Position numbers and translations under genes: made by a program. 64,000 bases of DNA from a virus: IMG/VR virus record IMGVR_UViG_3300027987_000212, positions 121,328-185,327 of that record; one strand, written 5' to 3'. The notes beneath the pieces were generated by a model, which was given only the letters and a program-made list of their open reading frames with translations, did no database searches and was not told the DNA's origin. This document shows positions 38,814 to 46,931 of the stretch, in pieces; the first letter of the stretch is position 1, and each line of letters opens with the position of its first letter.

Positions 38814-39116
38814 GCCAGGACCGCTGGTGGGGCCACCACATAGGGTACGTATGGATGAAGTCCTACGTACCCTACGGCGCGGTCTACTGCTTCCAGATTC
38901 CGAGCCAATCCCATTCGGTAGGGAAACAACCGGCCCTCTAACAGACGCAGAGTACCGCGTGTGGGTAGGCGGCTTCACTCACGCGTTGCCGCTAGGGGGA
39001 GTAACGCCCTAGCCCTAGCAGATAAAGCAGTCCTAGAGTTCCGCAGTGCGTTGCAAGTCGAGCACAACAAACAACGTGAGGCACTACAAGAAGCACTCGA
39101 CGAAGAGGGTCGATGA
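38737..39116 (+). pseudogene. hypothetical gene with apparent 1-nt frameshift near 39005
   Basis: 38737..39012 ORF continues in another frame as ALALADKAVLEF..EEGR*, whose TGA overlaps ATG 39113. Confidence 0.45.
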
Positions 39117-39514
39117 CGTTAACTACACACGAGCAAGTAGTGCAAGAACGCCTAGAGCTCAGCCGACGACGCCGTGCAGTCCAAGGTGATTGGACCTTAC
39201 GACGCGCCCTAACCTTCTTGCGTAAGCTGTCTCCTCCACTACTGCGAGAGGGCTTCGATTGCGGCCTCTTGGGCTCCGTACTACTCAAGGGCCACTCTAC
39301 CAAAGACCTAGACATCGTCGTATTCCCGACAGATACAGCCAAGTATTCCCTAGACGCTGCCAAGCATGTGTTTACCCACGCTATGCGCATGGAGCAGCTC
39401 TACGACAAAGTCGATGTGCTCAAGTTTTGGCGCAGGCACGAGTCTACCGACTTCAAGCATGTAGAAGTGTGGGCCTACAACAACCATCGCGTAGACATCT
39501 TCTTCATGAGGTAA
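39113..39514 (+). CDS. minimal Pol-beta-type nucleotidyltransferase
   Basis: LLGSVLLKGHSTKDLDIV (hGS..DxD) and a third Asp in RVDIF. Confidence 0.65.
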   Translation: MTLTTHEQVVQERLELSRRRRAVQGDWTLRRALTFLRKLSPPLLREGFDCGLLGSVLLKGHSTKDLDIVVFPTDTAKYSLDAAKHVFTHAMRMEQLYDKVDVLKFWRRHESTDFKHVEVWAYNNHRVDIFFMR

Positions 39515-39516
39515 CC

Positions 39517-40206
39517 ATGTCCGACACAAGCATCACGTACGGAGGCGTCACCCTCTACAAAGTCGAGGGGTGCCCCCACAATCGCTGGGTAACCGTCCCC
39601 ACCAACTCACTCGTAGTGGAGGAGACCTTCCCTGGCTCCGGTCGCTACCATGCAGGAGCTAACCTACCGCTTCTCGGACACGTCCACACCGGTGTGGGGG
39701 AGACCAAAAATAACGCGGTAGAAGCTTTGAAGCATCTGAACGTGCTCATAGTCGCCACGCAACTAGAGCAGGAAGCTATCACAGCGGCCATGGCCGCGGC
39801 AACCACACGACTCGTCGTATTCGACTCCATCCCCGGCGTACCCGTAGACCAGGTGGAGTACCAGCTGCACATCGCACAAGAAGAGCTCACTGAGGTTCGA
39901 GGTAACGCGATGGCCTCGGGAGATGACGCAGCAGATAAAGCATACGAAGACGAGATACTCGCCCGTCTCGAGCGAGACGACCTACTTGCCTGGTGTTGTC
40001 TTCAAGTAACCGCCCGCTGGCGACACTACTCCGCACAAGCCTGCCTCGGTGCCTACTCCTTCGCAGAGGGAGTAGGTGACCCAGAACAAGCCGCTGCAGA
40101 CGAGTTTGCTCAGCTGAAACAGGATGCCTACGACTTCCTAAACGCCCAAGTACAGGCGCAGCTCACCAGCACCCTTCTCGGACTCTATCCCATGGAGCGC
40201 ACATGA
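39517..40206 (+). CDS. hypothetical protein
   Basis: GAGG RBS before ATG 39517. Confidence 0.65.
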   Translation: MSDTSITYGGVTLYKVEGCPHNRWVTVPTNSLVVEETFPGSGRYHAGANLPLLGHVHTGVGETKNNAVEALKHLNVLIVATQLEQEAITAAMAAATTRLVVFDSIPGVPVDQVEYQLHIAQEELTEVRGNAMASGDDAADKAYEDEILARLERDDLLAWCCLQVTARWRHYSAQACLGAYSFAEGVGDPEQAAADEFAQLKQDAYDFLNAQVQAQLTSTLLGLYPMERT

Positions 40207-40667
40207 CCGCACCCAAACTTGAACTCTCATCCATCTACATCTGCCCCAACTGCTGCAAACCGAGTGCAGGTGCAGACCTGGTTCGCGCGCAGGACCCAAC
40301 TGCATGTATCTGTCCGCAGTGCATGCAACACTTCCAGTACACAAGTGCCCCACCCTACGCACCAGAATTCACCCAACAGCAGTTAAACCTGCTGCTCTAC
40401 CTCGAAACCTGCGCCGTTGATGGGGGGAAGGTAGACATACGTCGAATGCGCCCAGAAGAAGTCGAGCAAGTAGAGCGGTGGGTAGCCAACAAGCTACTGC
40501 AATTCGGGCGAGTCTGTCTGGACAGCGGTGGCGGGCACTGGATACGCCTATCACCCAAGGTACGTGTAGTAATTGCTCTCGAACGCACGATACGCGCAGA
40601 GCGTTTTTGGGCATCACGGACGTGGCAGACGACCAGCGAACTACGTACAGGGAAGCGCGTAGAATAG
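40203..40667 (+). CDS. zinc-ribbon hypothetical protein
   Basis: CPNC and CPQC motifs. Confidence 0.6.
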   Translation: MTAPKLELSSIYICPNCCKPSAGADLVRAQDPTACICPQCMQHFQYTSAPPYAPEFTQQQLNLLLYLETCAVDGGKVDIRRMRPEEVEQVERWVANKLLQFGRVCLDSGGGHWIRLSPKVRVVIALERTIRAERFWASRTWQTTSELRTGKRVE

Positions 40668-40668
40668 C

Positions 40669-40696
40669 ACAAGTCACCGCAAAAATGCGGGATAAG
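40669..40696 (+). promoter_or_regulatory. phage promoter motif ACAA-N15-CGGGATAAG
   Basis: Recurrent intergenic motif. Confidence 0.7.
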
Positions 40697-40714
40697 GCTA
40701 ATAGAGGAATACCC

Positions 40715-40924
40715 ATGGAAGTACATCCGCGAGAAAAATTGGTACAGGAAGCTGAGCATAAAATCAGCTCAGCCATACTCGATGCAGTCGAGCACTTGAC
40801 GCAACTCGAACAACTGCAGGTAGTGAACAAGGTTGCCAGCGAGTACATAGCGAGCCTGGCAAAGTATGGAATACGCTACGAAAGGCACGGCAACGGCGAT
40901 ACACCCGGCGGGTTGGTGGGGTAA
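40715..40924 (+). CDS. small hypothetical protein
   Basis: GAGG RBS before ATG 40715. Confidence 0.55.
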   Translation: MEVHPREKLVQEAEHKISSAILDAVEHLTQLEQLQVVNKVASEYIASLAKYGIRYERHGNGDTPGGLVG

Positions 40925-40926
40925 CC

Positions 40927-41175
40927 ATGGCCATTGAACAAATACCTCGACCCAAGGAGTACATCACCATCACTGAAGGCCTGCGAGGCTTCTTCGCGGT
41001 GCACGCGGTACTCGTAACCGACGAATTCGGCACCTACTATGACGCCGAACAAACCCACCCCTCATCCTACAAGACCGAAGCAGAAGCAATCCCAGACGCA
41101 GTAGCGTGGGCTAAGGACAACAACATCGAGTTTCGTCTGCAGGGGTATGACGGGCAAGGCAACCCAACCAACTAG
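40927..41175 (+). CDS. small hypothetical protein
   Basis: 82 aa ORF, tightly packed. Confidence 0.55.
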   Translation: MAIEQIPRPKEYITITEGLRGFFAVHAVLVTDEFGTYYDAEQTHPSSYKTEAEAIPDAVAWAKDNNIEFRLQGYDGQGNPTN

Positions 41176-41182
41176 GAGCCAC

Positions 41183-42157
41183 ATGAACCAAGTCACCGTA
41201 GAGAAGGCAGTATACGACAACCTAGAAAGCATGGCAGCTGAGTGCGGGCAGTGGCGAGAGCTAGCCGCCCTGTACCTGCTACAACTAGAAGACCTCGAAG
41301 AACCGGCAGAAGACTGGACGCACACAGCAGCTGAAGTGCTCCGTACGCTGAAGCGGGCTGTTGCAGAGCACGTGGTTGCGCGTAACGACGGTGAACGAAA
41401 TCACCTACGTGACCTTCGCGCAATCGCAAAGGCCCTGTACGCCGCAGAGGATGCTGGCATTGACAAAAACTCCGATGAGCTACGGGACCACATTCTTGCG
41501 GGTCTTCATGAATGGCATGCTGGAGAAGCTGAACTAAATGAGCAACGAGAGCAAGTTGACGCGCAGCTTACCGAGGCACTGTCCGAGGTCAACCTGCTCC
41601 TCAATATGCTGGGCGTCGACCCCAGTACTACCCGCACAGACCTGCTGTCCCGCATCAGAGCACTCAAGGCTGTCTACGAGCTGGACGCAAATCCGGACCC
41701 CAACTTCAAGCGACCGGAGTTCACCACCGCTCTAGTACGCCTACTGCGTCAACATCTCCCAGCACGCATTCACGAGCGGATGCTCTACGACCAAGTTCGC
41801 TGGGTAGTTGACCAGTGGTGCATCCTCTCCAAGCTGGATGAGTTCGCCAGTCAAGGGTGCGTAGCTGCCGTACAAGCCCTCGTTGATGACCTCAACTTGT
41901 ACGAACTTGGGACGCATCAACCAAACGAAGCAGTGGGCACTGCGATAGACATCCTGTGGGCCGCCTGCTGCAAGGCAGCCGGACAACCCCCTCCCTTCCT
42001 CGTACCCGCAATGCACCAAGCAGCTACGGTACTGGGCAGCAAGTGCTTGGAGCTTGGCTACCTCGCAGGGAAACGTGCCAAACAAGAAAATCTTCCGCAA
42101 GTACCGCCCGCTCAAACTACGCCCGAAGCTCCAACAACTTCTAGCACAGACAGATAG
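41183..42157 (+). CDS. coiled-coil hypothetical protein
   Basis: AGGAG RBS before ATG 41183. Confidence 0.65.
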   Translation: MNQVTVEKAVYDNLESMAAECGQWRELAALYLLQLEDLEEPAEDWTHTAAEVLRTLKRAVAEHVVARNDGERNHLRDLRAIAKALYAAEDAGIDKNSDELRDHILAGLHEWHAGEAELNEQREQVDAQLTEALSEVNLLLNMLGVDPSTTRTDLLSRIRALKAVYELDANPDPNFKRPEFTTALVRLLRQHLPARIHERMLYDQVRWVVDQWCILSKLDEFASQGCVAAVQALVDDLNLYELGTHQPNEAVGTAIDILWAACCKAAGQPPPFLVPAMHQAATVLGSKCLELGYLAGKRAKQENLPQVPPAQTTPEAPTTSSTDR

Positions 42158-42680
42158 GGTCAAGTACGAGCCCGGACTAGAGGGGCAGTACGTATCAGAG
42201 GACCGATGCATCTACGTGGGCGACCGAGCAGGTCCCGAACGTAGCGTCCACAACCTGTTACACGAACTAGCCCACTTCGTCGAAATCGACGAGGCTAGGA
42301 TGTGTTGCACAGGCTGGGGGCTGCACGTTCGTCAGGTGCTGGTGTTCAACCAACTCTGTTACGAACCGCAGACCAGCCAGGCTACAGAGCGTGAGCTGCG
42401 TGTCATAGCTTACCAGACCAACCTCGCGTTAGCGCTCGGCTACGCCTCACGCTTGCCTAGTTACGTTACAGCACTCAGCTGGTTGGCAGACTACTGCAAC
42501 GTACCGCTCGCCGACGGCCGGTTACTGAGTGAGCATGGCCCAAAAGAAGTCAACTACGAGCGCGTAGAGGCCTCCAGAAACCGCTGGAGGCTCTCACGCG
42601 CTAGACAACTACAGTCCACCTATACCTACGAAAGGTTCCAACAAGAATGGCATCGAAAACTACAGCTACTGAATCACTAG
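42054..42680 (+). CDS. HExxH putative metalloprotein
   Basis: HNLLHELAHF..TERELRVIA; start uncertain. Confidence 0.6.
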   Translation: MATSQGNVPNKKIFRKYRPLKLRPKLQQLLAQTDRVKYEPGLEGQYVSEDRCIYVGDRAGPERSVHNLLHELAHFVEIDEARMCCTGWGLHVRQVLVFNQLCYEPQTSQATERELRVIAYQTNLALALGYASRLPSYVTALSWLADYCNVPLADGRLLSEHGPKEVNYERVEASRNRWRLSRARQLQSTYTYERFQQEWHRKLQLLNH

Positions 42681-43192
42681 CCCTCCGCTGGGAAGCCCTG
42701 CAAGGGCAACAGAACGCCGTCCTGCGCGAGCTCCCTCGAGTATACGGCTTCGGAAGTATGGCGAGCTTCGTCGAAGCACTGACGCGAGCAGAGGCGGCCA
42801 CCCCGATGCAGCCACCAAAATCACCTTCGGTACCATCGACGAAACTCGCTGCTGCGCGCAAAGGCGCAAAGGGACGACGTCTGTCGGATGCAGAACGCGC
42901 AGCAATCATCGAAGCGCTGAAGGGTGGGATGAAGGGGGTCGATGCCGTCAAGCACTTCGGGGTATCTTACCCGACAGTCCACGTCATGAAGCAAGAACTG
43001 GGTCTCGTGAAGGCGCGCGGACCAAAGACACCCCCTGGAGCTGCTGCAAAGAGCGCAACAACGAAAGCCCCGACAGCACAAACTACCGTGGCTCCCCCAA
43101 AGAAGGCTGCGCCTACGAAAAAAGTGATGCTCACGAAGCAATCCACCAAACCAGGCACCCTTCAACTGAGGAAGCCTAAGAAGTCAATATGA
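42647..43192 (+). CDS. nucleoid-associated/H-NS-like HTH protein with Lys-rich tail
   Basis: Oligomerisation-like N-terminal helix (ELPRVYGF), basic linker, HTH KGVDAVKHFGVSYPTVHVMKQELGL, PKK-rich tail. Confidence 0.65.
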   Translation: MASKTTATESLALRWEALQGQQNAVLRELPRVYGFGSMASFVEALTRAEAATPMQPPKSPSVPSTKLAAARKGAKGRRLSDAERAAIIEALKGGMKGVDAVKHFGVSYPTVHVMKQELGLVKARGPKTPPGAAAKSATTKAPTAQTTVAPPKKAAPTKKVMLTKQSTKPGTLQLRKPKKSI

Positions 43193-43893
43193 GCACTCCC
43201 CTCGATACTGCACTCAATGCCATCCCTGAGGCAGTCCGGCCCCACATCGGTGCTCGCCAAGGCTACAGCGCCGCACAACTAGCCCGTACGGCCTTCTTCG
43301 GCGCCAATCCCGCAAGACACGGGTACCCCCACGACTGGGAAGCGCTGCCGCAAGAGTTGCGCAACTTCCTTACGGTATTCACCGTGGCGCTCCTCGACGA
43401 GGTCCACAGCAGAGGCCTGTACGGGTTTCCCGGTGCACTCGTCCTACCTCGAGAGGATACCGTGCAAGCACGTTGGGCCAACCATTCTGGTACCCCGTAT
43501 CAGTTCCTACTCAGCTGCCTGGACTTGGCTGTATTACTACCTGAGCCGCAAAAGTTTGTGTCTTGGGCGGTGCACAACGTGCAGCGCACCCCTGAAGGCG
43601 AAGGTATGGGACCGAGCATGGTTACGTACCCACAAGACAACAGCGACCGTTACGCCATCATCGCCGCCCAGATGCCCAAAGAGCTCGAGCTGTACGGGAA
43701 GGGCACCCTGTACTGCACCCTGGTTATCAACGAGCCTTGGGTATCCAAGAAAGTGCGCGCCCAAGAAGAACTCGACTCAGCTCGAGTATCCCTGGAGCGT
43801 GCAGAGGCCAACCTCGCCGATGCCCAGCACTCAGCCGAGTGCGCCCGAAAGAGGTTTGAAGATGCCGAGCAAGAGTACGCCAAAGCCACGTAA
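43189..43893 (+). CDS. hypothetical protein
   Basis: ATGA-coupled 234 aa ORF. Confidence 0.65.
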   Translation: MSTPLDTALNAIPEAVRPHIGARQGYSAAQLARTAFFGANPARHGYPHDWEALPQELRNFLTVFTVALLDEVHSRGLYGFPGALVLPREDTVQARWANHSGTPYQFLLSCLDLAVLLPEPQKFVSWAVHNVQRTPEGEGMGPSMVTYPQDNSDRYAIIAAQMPKELELYGKGTLYCTLVINEPWVSKKVRAQEELDSARVSLERAEANLADAQHSAECARKRFEDAEQEYAKAT

Positions 43894-44122
43894 CCCAACC
43901 ATCCACCTCACCTACGTCGCCAACGTTGGCGAAGAGAAAACGTACAGATACAGCGACATCAAGTGGGCTCGACAGCGAGCCCACAAACTCGTCACCGCCA
44001 GCCCAAGAGAGGACATCGATGGCTACGCCGTACACCCCGTCCACGGAGGATGCCTGTTCTTCCGGGGGACCACATTCCAAGAACTCTTCCCCGCAGGCAA
44101 GCCGGTGCTGCCCAAATTGTGA
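43862..44122 (+). CDS. small hypothetical protein
   Basis: C-terminal part of the 43433..44122 frame; GYAV..G..TFQELFP. Confidence 0.5.
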   Translation: MPSKSTPKPRNPTIHLTYVANVGEEKTYRYSDIKWARQRAHKLVTASPREDIDGYAVHPVHGGCLFFRGTTFQELFPAGKPVLPKL

Positions 44123-44308
44123 TAGGTACCTAGTTCTCGTCACCGAGCACGAGGCTACTATCTACGCACTGCAGCGCCAACTTCAGCTAGCGCATGAAGC
44201 CATCAAGCAGCTCAACAAGAGCCTAGCTGAAGCTTCTGCCCTCTCAGGTCAGCTGAGTGAGATACCGGACAACTTGAAAAGGGGTACCAGGTAGGGCAGC
44301 CTAGTAGC

Positions 44309-44539
44309 ATGTTCCCTTCTTGGATAGAAGTAGCTGCACTATTCGCTGCCACCCTACTTGGTACGCTCGTCGGCCGTATCACGGCCAATCCACAGCCCCC
44401 TACGCCACACCCACTGCGTCGCCGCGACCTCATCGTGGTGACAGTGTCCCGTGTGCGTAGGGGGCGCCGTTGGGGCAAAAACTTTCGCTGCACAGTCTGC
44501 GGACATAGCGGCTGGATGCCGGACCGCCGAGTGCACTAG
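44309..44539 (+). CDS. small membrane-anchored Zn-ribbon protein
   Basis: N-terminal hydrophobic helix; CTVCGH motif. Confidence 0.5.
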   Translation: MFPSWIEVAALFAATLLGTLVGRITANPQPPTPHPLRRRDLIVVTVSRVRRGRRWGKNFRCTVCGHSGWMPDRRVH

Positions 44540-44547
44540 GAGGCGCC

Positions 44548-44769
44548 GTGGCCAAGAGAACGTACTGGCCCAAAACCCACTTTGCCGACCACACCACCGG
44601 TAAGACCTTCTGCGGGCTACCACTCACCTCGAAACGACTCACTACCGATTCTGAGGATGAGTGTAACTGCGACCGCTGCCAGGCGAGCGACACTCGTCGA
44701 ATGCTCGAGAGTTACCAACGTGAACAAGCAGCATTGCCGCCAGAGAAACGCGATAACTACGAAGGGTAA
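44548..44769 (+). CDS. small Cys/His protein
   Basis: H..FCG..CNCDRC motif; GGAGG RBS. Confidence 0.55.
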   Translation: MAKRTYWPKTHFADHTTGKTFCGLPLTSKRLTTDSEDECNCDRCQASDTRRMLESYQREQAALPPEKRDNYEG

Positions 44770-44771
44770 CC

Positions 44772-45008
44772 ATGCCGTACGTAATCAAAGACAACCAATC
44801 CAAGACGTTCTACAGCTCCTGGAGTGCCATTGGCCCCTGCTTCGGCGCTAGTCTGCAGCACGCAGCTAGCTTTCCCACCAAAGTAGCTGCAGTGAAGCTG
44901 ATGGGTCAGCACAGTATTGCCTTCGTACGCAGCACTGTGAAGGAGTTCGTCCTCGACGATACCAAGAAGCGGCGCATCAAACAGGCACCCATCAAGAAAG
45001 CTCGTTAG
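44772..45008 (+). CDS. small hypothetical protein
   Basis: 78 aa ORF. Confidence 0.55.
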   Translation: MPYVIKDNQSKTFYSSWSAIGPCFGASLQHAASFPTKVAAVKLMGQHSIAFVRSTVKEFVLDDTKKRRIKQAPIKKAR

Positions 45009-45009
45009 C

Positions 45010-45627
45010 ATGTCCTTCAACACCATCGCCATTGACTTCGATGGCGTTCTTCACCAGCACAAAGCCCCCTACACCGTCCCTGAGGAAGTCAACGATACAC
45101 CTACACCCGGCGCACTCACCGCAGTACACGCCTACCATAAGGCGGGGCTTGAGGTTGTAGTTATCACTACTCGAGCCTGCGCCCCAAAAGGCAAGCGGGC
45201 AGTAGAGGAGTGGCTAGCTCTCCACAAGTTTCCGCCGCTAGAGGTAACTGCAACCAAGCTTCACGCAGCCGCCTACATTGACGACCGAGCCTTCCTATTC
45301 ACTGGGCGCAACTGGCCGACTGTCAAAGACATACGTCAGTTCAGACCTTGGAACAAACGCTCGAGTCGTCCCGCGTATCTACGTCGCTATCCAGATGTCG
45401 GCATCGATTGGGCCGAAGAAGGAACTACTGACTACACCGTCTGGTCCTGGTCCTCTGCAGTCGCTTTCGACGGTCGACGTCTGCTAGCCAAGGACGCGGC
45501 TAACGCCCACTTGTTCGGGCACAGGTATCTCGAGCACGTCCTACTCAATCTGCCCGAACTTCCAGAAGGGCAGTATACCCTGACCTTCCAACTCGTACGC
45601 ACCAACCAAGAAAGCTCCGAGCAATGA
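45010..45627 (+). CDS. HAD-superfamily phosphatase (polynucleotide/nucleotidase-like)
   Basis: IAIDFDGVL (DxD), ITTR, YIDDRA motifs. Confidence 0.8.
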   Translation: MSFNTIAIDFDGVLHQHKAPYTVPEEVNDTPTPGALTAVHAYHKAGLEVVVITTRACAPKGKRAVEEWLALHKFPPLEVTATKLHAAAYIDDRAFLFTGRNWPTVKDIRQFRPWNKRSSRPAYLRRYPDVGIDWAEEGTTDYTVWSWSSAVAFDGRRLLAKDAANAHLFGHRYLEHVLLNLPELPEGQYTLTFQLVRTNQESSEQ

Positions 45628-46439
45628 GCACTATTGATGCGAATTACACCGAAGTCATCACCGTGCGAAACGGTAAGTGCGTCCCAACAGCTCGCTACAG
45701 AAATCGTACAGGGGTGGGTACCGCTCTGCTGCAAGCCTTGAGGACTAAGTACGGGGACCGTATCAAGGCACGCCCCGAAACAACGGACCTCGTGCTGTTA
45801 CTGCGCTTCTGCGCAGCAGACTTGGCAGACGTACTCCTCCCTGAGGAGGCCAACTTGTTGACCTTCTGTATGCCTCGAAGCCTCCTGGCGCTGAAGGATG
45901 TGCCCGTCTTCATCGAGTCGGTCAGACGCGCAGAAGCAACCATTCTGTGGTCGCTAACCAACTACTGGCCTGACATCGTGACGCATATCGAGACTACGCT
46001 GCGCATGGACAACGCTGGAGAAGTACAGGCCTTCGGCCTGTACATTCCGCATATGCACGATGGGCAGCTACTGGAGAATCCTTGGGAGGTACCCATCAGA
46101 GACAACGAAGGACTCGTACAAATGAGGCCATACGATATTGGCCGCGACCATGCCCACCTGTTCGAGCCGATGCTTCCGCTAAAGCCCGCAGACGACCCCG
46201 CAGCCCCTACCAAGGAAACTACGTTCACCACTCTCACCATAGACAAGGTAGAGCACGTCTCCCTGGGACTACAGGAGCCGCCCGTATCCTGGGCTACGCA
46301 ACGTTGCTACCTCCTGCAGAGCACCTCTCCCGACTCCACTGCGCTGGACAGCTGTCACATACCAACCCACATCTTTGGGCGCAAGCTACTTCCACCAGGT
46401 ACACGTATCAAGTTAACAATCATGCCCGATGAGGGATAA
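45624..46439 (+). CDS. hypothetical protein
   Basis: ATGA-coupled 271 aa ORF. Confidence 0.65.
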   Translation: MSTIDANYTEVITVRNGKCVPTARYRNRTGVGTALLQALRTKYGDRIKARPETTDLVLLLRFCAADLADVLLPEEANLLTFCMPRSLLALKDVPVFIESVRRAEATILWSLTNYWPDIVTHIETTLRMDNAGEVQAFGLYIPHMHDGQLLENPWEVPIRDNEGLVQMRPYDIGRDHAHLFEPMLPLKPADDPAAPTKETTFTTLTIDKVEHVSLGLQEPPVSWATQRCYLLQSTSPDSTALDSCHIPTHIFGRKLLPPGTRIKLTIMPDEG

Positions 46440-46440
46440 G
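46413..46440 (+). promoter_or_regulatory. phage promoter motif TTAA-N15-AGGGATAAG
   Basis: Recurrent motif upstream of the Nudix gene. Confidence 0.65.
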
Positions 46441-46455
46441 TACTGTAGAGGACAC

Positions 46456-46923
46456 ATGAACCAATCCATTCCTGTGTACGTAATAGGTTTTGCCTTCACC
46501 GAAGACCTGCGTGGCGTAGTCCTAGTGAAGAAGAACCACCCGGACTTCTTCAAAGACAAGTGGACTGGTATCGGCGGCCGCCCCAACGGGCCCTCCGAGT
46601 GCTTACTGCACGCAATGCGCCGAGAATTTCTGGAAGAAACCGGGATTCAGCTATCGGCCTGGCTGCGCGTCTGCACGGTACACTTCGACGATAGGACGCT
46701 CGTCTGCTACGCCGCCCGCCTCACAGGCGTCCACGCGCTACCTCCCACAAACGACGTGGGCGAAGAACTGATGTTCGCAGACTACCGCACCAAGCTCGCA
46801 GTCACTGAGGACACCCCTTGGTTGATGGAGATGGCGAAAGCCCGTATCGCGTGCACTATGTACGCATCCAGCGATTGGCCACTCACTATTTATACTAACG
46901 AAATGACACCAGTTAACCTATAG
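46456..46923 (+). CDS. Nudix hydrolase
   Basis: GIGG....E.....MRREFLEETGI Nudix box; GAGG RBS before ATG 46456. Confidence 0.85.
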   Translation: MNQSIPVYVIGFAFTEDLRGVVLVKKNHPDFFKDKWTGIGGRPNGPSECLLHAMRREFLEETGIQLSAWLRVCTVHFDDRTLVCYAARLTGVHALPPTNDVGEELMFADYRTKLAVTEDTPWLMEMAKARIACTMYASSDWPLTIYTNEMTPVNL

Positions 46924-46931
46924 GATCAACT

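Noticed and set aside
38805-38816. GGAGGATAAGCC as another promoter motif
   Set aside because: Within overlapping coding regions and not at a cassette start
39018-39026. GCAGATAA, close to the sigma-28 -10 consensus
   Set aside because: Inside a probable coding segment and lacks the upstream tetramer at N15
39511-44774. Recurring GGTAACCATG at several gene starts
   Set aside because: Explained as a favoured RBS-spacer-start context rather than a separate element
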